A stretch of 64,000 bases of DNA. Origin: Chlorokybus atmophyticus. Taxonomy: Eukaryota; Plantae; Mesostigma and Chlorokybus algae. Shown piece by piece: positions 1 through 11,066 of this stretch. The notes below the pieces were generated by a model. That model had not been told where the DNA came from. It did no database searches and worked only from the letters and a program-made list of their open reading frames with translations. The stretch is taken from contig RHPI01003536.1 in assembly GCA_009103225.1 (NCBI GenBank), positions 79,697 to 143,696 on the forward strand. The letters run 5' to 3'. The translations under genes were made by a program, and so were the position numbers. Position 1 is the first letter of the stretch. Every line of letters starts with the position of its first letter.

Positions 1-3000
1 GTGACAGTGGAGGACATTTTCGTGGTCGCCAATGCAACCTCTTGGGACCATGCCATTGGCTCGCTGACCACAGAAGACACTCGAGAGAAGCTGGAGGCTC
101 TCCTCAACAAATGGAGGAGCCAATTCAGCTTCAATGTGAAGGAATTGGGGACATGCTCAGTGTACCAGATGGACATCGAGCTGGTGGACACTGAGCCGGT
201 GTTCCGGCGACAATACAGCCTCTCCAAGTTGGAGGAGGACCTGGTGGAACAAAGATGTAAAGCGCTGCTTGATGCAGGCCTTATCGAAGAGTCCACATCG
301 GACTTCGCAGCAGCAACTGTCATGCCTCTGAAGAAGGATTCAGCAGGCAACTGGACAGAACGACGCATGTGTGGCGACTATCGCCCCCTCAACAACAAGA
401 CCAAGCAAGACAGGTACCCCATGCCCACAGCGGAGGGTATCTTTGATGATGTGGGAGACTGCACAGTCTTCAGCATCCTGGACATGCGTCAAGGGTACAA
501 CCAAATCGCCATCAAGGACGAGGACAAGCACAAGACCTCCTTCTGGGGCAACCGACAGTTGTACCAATGAAAGGTGATGCCGTTCGGGCTGAAGAACGCC
601 CCCGCCAAGTTTCAACGCGTCATGGACAAGGCCTTGAAGGGGCTGGACTGCGCGCGGTGCTACATCGATGACATCCTCATCTTCAGCCGCAGCAGCGAGG
701 AGCATCTTCAGCACATCGAAGCGGTGCTGGAACGACTCAAGGGAGTGGGGATGACCGTACACCCCGACAAGTGTACCTTCTTCACTCACAAGGTGCCATA
801 CTTAGGGCACATGATTGTGCCCCATGGTATGTATGTGCAGCAGGCAAAAGTAGAGGCTCTGGCAGCTATCCCTGCCCCGACAGACCTCACACGTCTGCGC
901 GCTTTCTTGGGACTTGCCAACTACTTTCGCCGGTTCGTGAAGGACTTCGCGATGATCGCCAGGCCCCTCAACGAGCTACTGAAGAAGGAGGTGGAGTTCG
1001 CATGGCTTGAGCCGCAACAGCAGGCCTTCGAGGAGCTAAAGAGCAGGCTCACCAGCACTCCCATCCTTCAACGTGCGGACTACGCCAAGCCTTTCATCCT
1101 TCACACCGACTGGAGCAAGCTGGGGATGGGAGCGGTGCTGGTGCAGCACGATGAGAACAAGAAGGAGCGGGTGGTGTCATACGCCAGCCGAAGCAACAAC
1201 AGCGCCGAGGCCAACTACAGCAGCTACGAAGGGGAGTGCCTCGCTGCAGTGTGGGCCATCTCCTTCTTCCAACCTTTCCTCTTTGGGCGACAGTTCCAAC
1301 TGATCACCAATCATCAGCCCCTCAAGTGGCTGATGACCAACCAACACCTGACAGGGAAACTTGCTCGATGGGCCCTGCTGTTGCAGGAATACGACTTCGA
1401 GATCGACCACCGCGCTGGCCTCACCAACCAGGACGCCGATGGCCTCAGTCGCAACCCTCACCTCAGCAGCAACGACGCAACTGGAGCTCGGCATGAGCTC
1501 GTCCCTGCAGCAACAGCCCCCACCATGGCAGCCATGTTTGCTGCTGCCGCGTTGCGCTCAGGGCGCAAGACCAACACCACGGCCTCAGCAATAGCAGAGG
1601 AAATTCCTGCCCTTGAGCCGACGGACTCTGCTACAACCACACCCTTGGGAGACGCCCACGCAGCCGACATTGACATCGATAACATAGAGCTGGCGCCCAC
1701 TGACACCAGGCAGGACATATGGCAGGACAAGCCATCACTCTCCTTTCTTCAAATTGGCCAGCTTCCCTCCGGCATGAGCGCCCGAGAGAAAGACCGAGTC
1801 AACCAACGCACCCGTCACTATCGATGGGCAGGTGACAAGCTGTATCGCCGCTTCCACGACGAAGACAAGGAAGTGCCGACCCCGATCACGCGCGAGGGCA
1901 TCATCACTTCCCTCCATACTGAGCTTGGACACTTCGGTGTCAAGCGTACAGTCAGCCTAGTGAGGCCACAATATTGGTGGTATGGATTAACAAAACAGGT
2001 GCAGGGGTTCGTCAGCCACTGCCAACAGTGTGACATGGTGCGCGCCAGCCTCAACACGCGTAGCGCCACCTTGCACCCACTCCCCATCTCCGGTATCTTT
2101 TATCAATGGGGACTCGACATATTGGGGGACTTGGCACCTTCAGCACGTGGCAACCGGTACATCCTGGTCATGATCGAGCACTTCTCCAAATGGGTGGAGC
2201 TGGTACCATTACCCGACAAGAGCAGCAGGGGGGTGTCTCAAGCCTTCCTCTCTCACGTTCTCAGCCGATTTGACAGCTGCGCGGAGGTCATCACTGACCA
2301 AGGTACTGAGTTCAGAGGGGAATTCGACACCCTCTTGGACAAATGTTACATCGACCACCGTCGGACCTCGCGTGATCACCCTCAAGCCGACGGCCTCGCC
2401 GAGCGTACAGTACAGACCATCAAGAAGGCACTCCGCAAGTACGTGCTGGAGTACGAGAAGAACACTTGGGATGATCACCTCCCGTGGGTGGCCCTCAGAT
2501 ATCGATTGTCAAAGCAGGCGGCTCTGCGGGAGTACAGCCCGTACTACCTGCTGTTCGGGCGACCAGCATTGCTCCCCTTCCGTGCGCAGCAGGAGGTGGA
2601 TCGCGTCGTGAACAACCTCGACGACCCTGACTGGATGCACCACGACATCACCACGCGCGCCGCGCTTTTCGAGCGCACCGTCCCCATGGCCTTCAACAAC
2701 CTGCGTATCGCGCAGCATCGCGACACGCTGCGCTACGAGCGCGTACGCAGCGGCTTCTACAAGGAGCGCCAACGGCGGTTCCAAGCGGGGGACTTTGCCT
2801 ATCGCATGGCGGCCACTAAAGACACGCTTGACACCTCCGTAGGCCGCACCGTCTACAAGGTACTCAAAGTGTACCCCACAGGGGTGCTGGACCTCTTTGG
2901 TCAAAACGGAGAGAGGTTGAAGGACAACATGGTGAACTGTGCGCCATGTCACCTTCCTTATGTAGCCGGCTTCGGGCGTATCCAGCACCCTCGTCCCGCG

Positions 3001-3177
3001 CGCAACACACGCTGTAAACGCTGCGGCAGCGCCGGCGACGACGCACTCATGATGCTCTGAGATGGCTGCAACAAGGGCCTGAATTGCTACTGCCTGGAGC
3101 CACCTCTGGACGCGATACCTATGGAGGAGTATTGGTGCGGCGATTGTCGTACCAACGGCCCTCCTCACTTGCGCTAG
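1..3177 (+). pseudogene. pol: Ty3/Gypsy pol (RT-RNaseH-integrase-PHD finger), decayed and 5'-truncated by the window edge
   Basis: One frame from 1 to 3177, interrupted by two in-frame TGA (568-570 in YQ*KVMPFGL, where W is expected; 3058-3060 in LMML*DGC, where C is expected). RT motifs RMCGDYRPLN, ILDMRQGYNQI and CYIDDILIF. RNase H LHTDWS...EGECLA. Integrase H-H-C-C (HTELGHFG...CQQC), WGLD, VITDQG and GLAERTVQ. RT-RH-IN order is Ty3/Gypsy. Confidence 0.93.
3013..3147 (+). other. PHD finger (C4HC3-like) at the C-terminus of the integrase
   Basis: Translation CKRCGSAGDDALMML*DGCNKGLNCYCLEPPLDAIPMEEYWCGDC matches PHD spacing CxxC...LxCDxCxxxxHxxCLxPPL..iP...WxCxxC. Cys3 is TGA and the His position is Asn. 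Confidence 0.85.
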
Positions 3178-3214
3178 CAGCTGAGCTCTGGAGCTGGAAC
3201 CTCCCCCAGAGCCC

Positions 3215-4043
3215 AAGGGGGGGTGGCTTGTTGACTTTGTGGGCTACAGCACAGCATGTACACTAGGGAGAGCACCGACTCCATCTGCCCGTACTACCCA
3301 GCAGCAGCAGACCAGCTGCACGAAGCACTTGTCACCATGAGGGTTGGGGTCACCTTTTGCTTGTTGCTGCACGTTGCACAGGTGGCGCAGCAGCATATCC
3401 AGCACGGCATGGCTGTCCATGCAGCTGTCCGAGACAGCGTGACCCTCGACTCCCCTCGACCCGACAGCTGTCATGCCTATCGCCCAAGCATGCCAGTCAT
3501 CATCGGGCATGCCTACAGCGAGACCCTCGCCCGGCTTACCAGCATGGCGACCCGCGTGCGTCTCTGACCAGTAGCTAGGTCATGTCTCTAGAGTAGCTCA
3601 TGACCATAGCCTACATAGGCACCGCGCGTAGCTGTTTAGTTGTGAGTTCAGTTATAAGTTGGGTTCTATATCGAGTGGTGATTTCCTGTGGAAATAGCCT
3701 CGATATGACCGTTAGCTTATGTTCTGGACAGTCATGAGTTGACTTGTATAAGTAGGCACAGTGTTCACCGGATCAGCTGGTAACACTGTAAGTGAGAAAG
3801 CTAAGAGCTTGTGAAGCGACTTGAACTACGAAACACCCCGTCCCGGTTCCCAAGAATCCCCTCACCGTGTGAGAGCCTGTGCATGTTCTTATGCACTGTG
3901 CTTGTCTTTGCTGTGAGCTTTGTGTACTTGGTCGCGGTGTGCTTTTAGCATCAGTCAGGGTATAGCTTCCACGTGTTGCTTGCTCATTCACCTCACTTAA
4001 CAGTGTAATTTCTCTTCCACTCATGCAAAGAACTGTGTAAACA
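3215..4043 (+). mobile_element. Polypurine tract (3215-3228) and 3' LTR of the PHD-Gypsy element; LTR starts TGTTGAC at 3229, right end uncertain (candidate ...AACA ends at 3785, 4002 or 4043)
   Basis: AAGGGGGGGTGGCT lies directly before TGTTGAC, about 40 nt after the pol stop. The 5' LTR is outside the window, so the end cannot be confirmed. Confidence 0.6.
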
Positions 4044-4058
4044 GCACTACCTATAGTA

Positions 4059-4303
4059 GTGGCTTGTTGACTTTGTGTGCTACAGCACAGCATGTACACT
4101 AGGGAGAGCACCGACTCCATCTGCCCGTACTACCCAGCAGCAGCAGACCAGCTGCACAAAGCACTTGTCACCATGAGGGTTGGGGTTATCTTTTGCTTTT
4201 TGCTGCACGTTGCACAGGTGGCGCAGCAGCATGTCCAGCACTGCATGGCTGTCCATGCAGCTGTCCGAGACAGCGTGACCCTCGACTCCCCTCGACCCGA
4301 CAG
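4059..4303 (+). repeat. Second, partial copy of the LTR start (duplicate of 3223-3467, offset 836 bp)
   Basis: Near-identical sequence and near-identical spurious ORF (MYTRESTDSICPYYPAAADQ...). Homology stops at ...CGACCCGACAG. Confidence 0.9.
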
Positions 4304-4649
4304 TGTTTCCCCTCATTTCCCCACTAAAAATTGCTCAAAATAATGCATGCTGCAAGAAAAGTTGTCGTCCACTGTTTGTCAAGTTGGTATTCATGTGTAT
4401 GTCAAGGATTGTTGTGGCCTTTATGTGGGTCTTTGCAATCTTACATAATGGATGTTCGCTGTATTAAAAGCAGCTTACTTATCCGATTGGTCAGAATCTG
4501 CCAACTGGATCGCTTGCGGCGAGGACAAGTCTGTAAGTCCGCTCCTCCCTTTTTACCGCGTCGGCATAGGGTGAGGATTGAACCCCTAGACTTTTCGAAT
4601 GCGAAGCTGATACAGCTCATGGCTGAAGTGCTTAGCAAGTGCGCTACCC

Positions 4650-5266
4650 CATCAGGACCCGCCAGGGTATTCCATGTACTATACATTGAGTATCCATTAT
4701 AATTACAATATACCTTATCATCCTTGTCACATCCATGATGCCCATCGACCTGACGCCTTCTGTGCATGCTCGTAACTCGTAACATGCAACACATGGGATT
4801 TTTGATTTATTAATGATTGTAATTTACATCTTTATTTAATATTAATGCATGCACCCCCCGAAGACTCGCCAGGGTATTCCATGTACTGTACATTTTATAT
4901 CCACTATTATTACAATTATACCTTATCATGCTCACCGCAGCTATGATGCCTTTGGACCTGACGCCTCTTGTGCATGCTCGTAACTCGTCACATGCAACGC
5001 GTGGGATTATTACGTTGTTGACAATCGTGGTTTTAATCCTTGTTCAATACTATTGCACGCACCCCCAAAGACCCGCCAGGGTGTTCCATGTTCTATGTAT
5101 TGAATATCCATCCATATTAACATCTTAACTTATCTTGCTTACCGCTACCGTGTTGCCCTTGAACCTAACGCCTCTCGCATGCTTGTAACTCATCGCGTGC
5201 ATCACATGGGATTTTTTATTATTAACCATCGTGGTTTATTGCTTTTTATTACACATTATTGCACGC
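4650..5266. repeat. Three diverged tandem copies of a ~207-bp unit
   Basis: GAC(C/T)CGCCAGGGT(A/G)TTCCATGT recurs at 4656, 4863 and 5070, each followed by GA(C/A)CT(G/A)ACGCCT...GTAACTC...(T)GGGATT. Confidence 0.85.
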
Positions 5267-6389
5267 TTTCACCGTAACATCAACTGTAACATAAAAGGGA
5301 TGCATATCCGTGCCTGCCAACAAGTTGTCTATTATCATCATATTTAACAACCATGTAGATCGTGATCATGCAAAGTTCAAGTTATTAGATCTGATATGAA
5401 GGTTGTGAGTGATGGCTCACGACATAATGCCCTGCAAGTGTGATTATAATCCTTGGCGATGGGATAAAAGGAAAGGCTTTGGATGATTGGCGGCCCTAAA
5501 GTAGTGCTTGAGTTAATGGTTTAACGCAATTAAGGTTGAAGGTAGCACGTCATCAACTGTCTAGAGGCTAATCATTGCACAAATAACAAGGCCACTGCGT
5601 TCTATGCGTACCGCATTCCATAGTCAATGCGTTCAGCATGAATCTTGGCAATATGTACCACACAATATAAAACCCACTAATCACTGTTATTGAGCACAAC
5701 GCATGCAGCTGATGTGCTACTTGTTGACAGACGTGATTCGGCCAATTGCATGTGCTGCAGTTTACCCTCGCTGTAATCACACTCTTTCTTGCGACACCCT
5801 CTCAGTAGTGACAATTTGCTGATTACCCGTTATACATAAGGCAATTTTCCACCTTTGTATTGACTATCACTCTCCCTATAAGGACAATCAGGGCTAGTAG
5901 AGAGCGTCGCTATAAACAGGGCAACATATATGAAATCATTGATTAGGGTTTGCAAACCTCATTATAGTGATCGTCATTATATATATATAAAATGTCATGA
6001 ACACTTTGATGTAATGCTCAATTATCAGTTTCGAGATGTCCGATGCCTAATGCATACACATGTTACTTGTTTTTGTTATCAAGTATTTATATTTTGCTAA
6101 TAAATCTCGTCACAATGACGGATGGTCATCAATTAGCATCAATGCGTTGTAGTGACCGTCCGTCACTACATCGAATGAACGACACCTCCGTACAATGACA
6201 AAATGCCTCAAGACATGTATGGTCACTACATCGAGGGTAGATTGACACTACACCATTCACTCACATATCCAAAGTATGCAATCACACAACCCTCACGGCA
6301 ACCATTGCAGAACTTGATGCCGTGGGTGCACAGCGTTCACTACATAAGGCAAACCTTCAGCCCAGCAGCACCCAACTTACATGCGCTGG

Positions 6390-8841
6390 TCACCATTCAA
6401 ACTCGCCTTGAGCCTGTGCATAGAGACCGCAACCATTAGCAGACCAGCAGGCGACCACCAGTATGCACAGCAGTAGCAATGTACTACCTTGGCAAACACA
6501 ACGTCTTTTCCATTTATGTGCATGATGCCATCTTTAAGACTGCATTTCCATTTGTTCTTCGTTCTTGAAACCTACAACAAAGCATTAGGGCAAAATACAA
6601 AGTGCGAGTCACAGCACTGCAACAAGATCGAATGCAGTCGTATGCATAGAGCTGTGCTGCACAACGGTGTAGCCAGCACCTTATCAAACTGTGCAAGCAC
6701 CAAGTTTGTTGTCTCGGGCTCAGCGTCATCGTTCGCATCATCCTCATCCTCGTCATCGTCTTCATTGAGGTCGCCATCAAGATCATCCTGCGCACAAGAT
6801 GACGTGTTATTGGAACCCAGAACATACGGGCATGTCAAGTTGCTGATGCAGAGCGGCATTGGAGCCAACAGGAGAGCAGTCGACTAGCCATATGCTTTGC
6901 AAACAGACAAGTGGTAACAGTTGCTGAGTGTCAACACCTCAGCCCCACTGCTTCCCGGAGCGCCTCCTCGTATCCTTGCAACACCATCCCAACCAGAGGT
7001 GTCTGCGCCAACCGACAGCAGGTTATGGACTAGTGTTGTTCATCTAACTACACCGCATTGTGATAATACACTGCAACACACTTTGTTCCAAAGCTCACCA
7101 GCATTGAGATCTAGTGCTGGTTCCGCGGGGCGTTGTGCAGTCGTGTTGGGTGCAGGTATAGGTCGTCGCTGCGAGCATAACATTTCGTCAACGTCATCAG
7201 CGTGCCTATCCTTTCATGCGGCAATCATCGGCATGCAAGAACAATACCTGAACAATGGGTTGTGAGGGCGGCGCAACAGCATAACCGGCGGGCTGCAGGA
7301 CTGCAGTTGGTTGGCCCCTGCCAGCAGGTGCTCTACTCTGCACCACCATAGGCGGGCCAGCCTCGTCCCGCGTGCGCTTGATGCCTCCAGACCCAAACAA
7401 GTCCTGCGACAGGATACAAAAAGGTGGGTGATGCGTGCAATGATACAGATTTCGTGGAGATTGACAGGGGAAGAGAGTAAAGCCGGCTGCGCTGTGCTGC
7501 TGCTGCAGCGCGCGTACCAGCGCGGCACTGCCCTGTGCAACCGGCGCCAAGCCGGACACGCCTGCAAGCAGTGGTCCCCGCATTTGAACAAACCCCTTTG
7601 CAATGATGCTGTGGGGTGGGTGGGAAACACTCACTCATCCGGCAAGCACACCTGGATCAAACTTGACGTCTTGCTGCTGTGTCCACATGTTCGGAGCAGC
7701 CTGCATGCATCCACCCATTCATCACCTGATGGGATAGAAAGCAAAAGCAAGCACCCCACACACTGCACGAGCACAACGCAACTGACCATGTACGGCTGCG
7801 GGCGACCTATACTTGGAACAACAGTTGTGCTTGGGGCCAGATTCTGCATGGCAATCAAGGGAATGTCATTACAGGCCTCCACCACATTGTGCAACAAGCA
7901 GTACTGTGTCCCAAAGCAACGAAAGGGGCGCTTCGTACCAAGTCATACCCCGCGCTGCCCCCGCTGTAGTATGCAGAGTTGCCGTGTTCCTCCGGCACGG
8001 CGGCAATCTGCGCGCTGTGTAATGCAGCATCGTCATAACCGGGCAGCTGCACGGCACCAGTCTGGCGCAGCTTCGTCTCCCACAACTGCAGGCAGACATT
8101 TGGGTGTGCACACAAAGCCAACTGAGGCATGTTTGTGGAACGCATGCAACCATAATGTACATGCATTACACAAGATATTCGTAGCTTCATGAAAACTGTC
8201 GATGCAATATCGCTAACCTACAGTGTGACGCTGTGCACCAAATCATGCTGCGGACGGAATCCTGCACCAAGTCACACATCTGTTCGGTATTAGCTAATGA
8301 CACTGACTGCTGTGCACGACGCACACCAGCAAAGGTTATTGCAATCGAGTGACAACTGGAGATGCTATGCAAGTGCTATTGAGAGCCCTACACAATGTCG
8401 CTTGTTTACTACCACCGAACAAATGGTATGAACAAGTACAGATGCAGCAAAGCCCAAACGACTGTTGGGCTTCCTGATGGCATTGCCTCTCAGTTAAGTT
8501 TTGCTTTAAAAAACAAACAAGTAACAGTTTGTGCAAGACCACATGTTGACACTTGATGGAAAGAAACACTGGCAATTTCTGCGTTTCTTTTAGACAGACG
8601 CTTTTCCGATTGCAGACGACGATCAGAGCGCGCAATGCAACATTCTCAGATAGCGAGGTTATACTAGCGAACTGCGTGCACCGTCACGCTAAATTACTAG
8701 TACTGTCTCCATTCGAGTACACACACGCACCTGCTGCAGCTCCAGGAGCACCGTCTCTTCCACCCCATCATTTTGGAAATCCGTGCGCATGGAGGCGACG
8801 ACCTCGTCGACAACATGCCTGTACACATCGGAGGTGTCCAT
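6390..8841 (-). CDS. GTF2A1: General transcription factor TFIIA large subunit (alpha/beta), multi-exon
   Basis: Exon 8841-8731 MDTSDVYRHVVDEVVASMRTDFQNDGVEETVLLELQQ, then LWETKLRQTGAV. Acidic linker and NLVLAQFDK (6787-6680), VSRTKNKWKCSLKDGIMHINGKDVVFAK (6571-6488), AQGEFEW* (6413-6390). GT-AG junctions. Confidence 0.95.
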
Positions 8842-8953
8842 CCTCACGCAGAGAACAACCGTTTGACTCCGTCTGACCGCCGCCGCCGCCGCGGACAACG
8901 ACGGCAATGCCAACACCCTCCTCAGGGCGTCAAAACAAGTTTATATACGGCTC

Positions 8954-8961
8954 AAACCCTA
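8954..8961. promoter_or_regulatory. Telo-box (AAACCCTA) in the 368-bp divergent TFIIA/LSm10 intergenic region
   Basis: Exact AAACCCTA. The motif is known from plant promoters of translation and growth genes, but it is short, so chance is possible. Confidence 0.35.
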
Positions 8962-9209
8962 GCTCAAACATCATGAGATCGCCTGCGTTCATAAGACACC
9001 TTGCAGGAAAAACGCCTGCCGCCTGCTCTGAAATCAGCTGCGACGACTGCCGGAAGCCCCTGCCTTGTTAAGACCCAGCTAGGACAGCCATATATTGGCT
9101 TGTTCTCCTGGCGTACTTGCGTTGGTGGCTGTGAACATTAGCGAGGGTGTTGTCGCTTGTGGACGAGGTTGGGCGGAGGGTTTTAGTCGCTGCAAGTAGT
9201 AGTTGTGCG

Positions 9210-10286
9210 ATGGTGCGGAAGGGGCGGCGGTCTGAGCGTACGCTGGCGTGCGCGGTGCAGGTAGAATAGGTCCAGTTATGAGCCCGCACATGCTGGATGA
9301 ATGAATGCGTGGCGGAAGCCTGTGGTTTGTTTGCGACTGGACAATGCCATTTGCTCTCACCTCGCTCATTCCTCATAATCTCATAACTTAGGCTGCAGAG
9401 ATCAACGCCCTGCAAGCAGCATGCACAAATTTGTGCCGGGCTTGTTGCCATGCAGCACAAGATGCAGCACATGTTCGTGTAAAGTGTGCATTGGCAGTGC
9501 TTGTCGACTACTTTATGTGACTTCAAGTACATGACATGATGTGCGGCCACACTGCACGCAACTTAGAGGCGTTGGCAGGCTCTGCAAGGAGAACTTGTCG
9601 CTGTGGAATTGCGGAACGACACTGTCATCAAGGGCCATTTGGAGCATGCAGACGATGCCATGAAGTGAGTTTGCTGCAGGTTATTGCAGTTGGTTTGACT
9701 GTGACCTGAATGTGCTGGTTCTGAAAGGCGTAAAATTCTGGCAGTCTCACCATAAAAGACGCGCAGGTTACTCCACTGCAGGTGCGGTTATGTACACATG
9801 GTTGAATGCACATCGCAGGCAATGCAGCCTCATGTGCATTGTCAGGGTCTTGTGTGCATACAAGGCTGGAGAAAGAAAGCTATGCTGTGTTCCCTATTAT
9901 GCATTGTACACGAATAAACGCATTGTTTGTGAAGTAGGTTCTTGTGTGCTTGCATGCCAGGGCCAAACACGCATCCATGACGCCATCTTTATCAAGTCTG
10001 ATCAAGTGCGCTTCGTGCACATACCCTCCTCCATCATTGTGCGCTCCGCAGTGGAGCAGCAGGTGCGCCCATCACACTTGGATGCGTTATGTCTAATTCT
10101 GTTGGCTCGCTCTTGTCGGCCAGCACGTTTGCCACCCGTCATTTCTGTTTGGAATAACAGCGCAAGCGTCGGGATGATGCGGAGTCCATGTACGGCCAAG
10201 CCAAGGCAGCTGGTGGGAACCAAGCGCAGAAGCCATCTTTGCATCCGTCGGAGTCAAAAGCAGCGCAGGCTGGCATGCAAGTATGA
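9210..10286 (+). CDS. LSM10: Sm-fold protein, LSm10-like (U7 snRNP-specific Sm-like protein), 5 exons
   Basis: Exons 9210-9260, 9579-9664, 9745-9781, 9961-10062 and 10161-10286 give MVRKGRRSERTLACAVQALQGELVAVELRNDTVIKGHLEHADDAMNLTIKDAQVTPLQGQTRIHDAIFIKSDQVRFVHIPSSIIVRSAVEQQRKRR... The ERTL..Q.LQG, V.LR, D..MN and VR(F/Y)VHIP...EQQ segments fit LSm10 better than SmD1, SmD3 or LSm2. Confidence 0.8.
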
Positions 10287-11066
10287 AGTTTGATTGAACT
10301 GATGAACCAAGGCAGCTTTACACCACTCGGTCCTTTCCTGCTGGCTGATGGTCGTTCCCTTGCTGGTAGGCAACACGATGCGATGTAACTTTGTTGTTGA
10401 CACCATTGTGATTTGAACCCACTACAGGTCGTTGCGGTCATCACCAATGTGACATATCTGACATAACAGTTGTCTGTCAGGTTTGGCATTCAACCGCATG
10501 CGCAATGAGAGTCTACAAGATCGCCACGCAAGCATAAGGCGTGGTGCAAGCGACATCGACAAGCACCACCGTGTTGCCACTGTCTGGCAGGTTCTTGAGC
10601 GCTTGCTGGTTACACCAGGAGCAACACTGCACGCCTATGAGCACACTGTGCACATGTTGCTGTGCTAAGGCTGGAACAATGCGAGCAACACTATCAAACG
10701 GTTTTAGTGGTGCCAATGCGGCCAACCCATCTTTAGTGCACAGACAAGTCTGTCAGTCAGTTGTTGCACTGAACATAGACTTATAATCTGCAGAAGGTAC
10801 TTGGCTAGCGACAGCACTTCAGAGCACAGGCCCTGGTACCAAGCGTGCTTGCCACAAAGTGTACCTGCATGGTTGGTTTTAATATGTTAGCATAACCAAA
10901 GGGTGCGCATGCTTGTGTGGGTGCTAGTGACTGCCGGAGTTACACAACTCGCCTTGCATGTGGGTGGCACTTTGTTGGAGAGACTGTACGGGCAGGCAAG
11001 CAGTGCAACTGCTTGTGTGAATGCACTCGTACGCACTCATAGGCGCACTGGCATGATGCGCAACCA

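Noticed and set aside
568-3060. Both internal stops of the first pol are TGA at conserved Trp and Cys sites, suggesting selenocysteine or a variant genetic code
   Set aside because: Each is one substitution from TGG or TGY. The copy has other lesions (TDH to TNH, PHD His to Asn), and host genes use TGA as a normal stop (TFIIA, TAL, LSm10).
3256-3567. 103-aa ORF MYTRESTD... repeated at 4077-4343
   Set aside because: It lies in LTR sequence, the repeat is explained by the duplication, and no domain is recognisable.
4650-5266. 207 bp equals 69 codons (possible protein repeat); also checked for hammerhead ribozymes and a CRISPR-like array
   Set aside because: Stops and frame-breaking indels differ between units. 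There is no CUGAnGA/GAAA core and no repeat-spacer structure.
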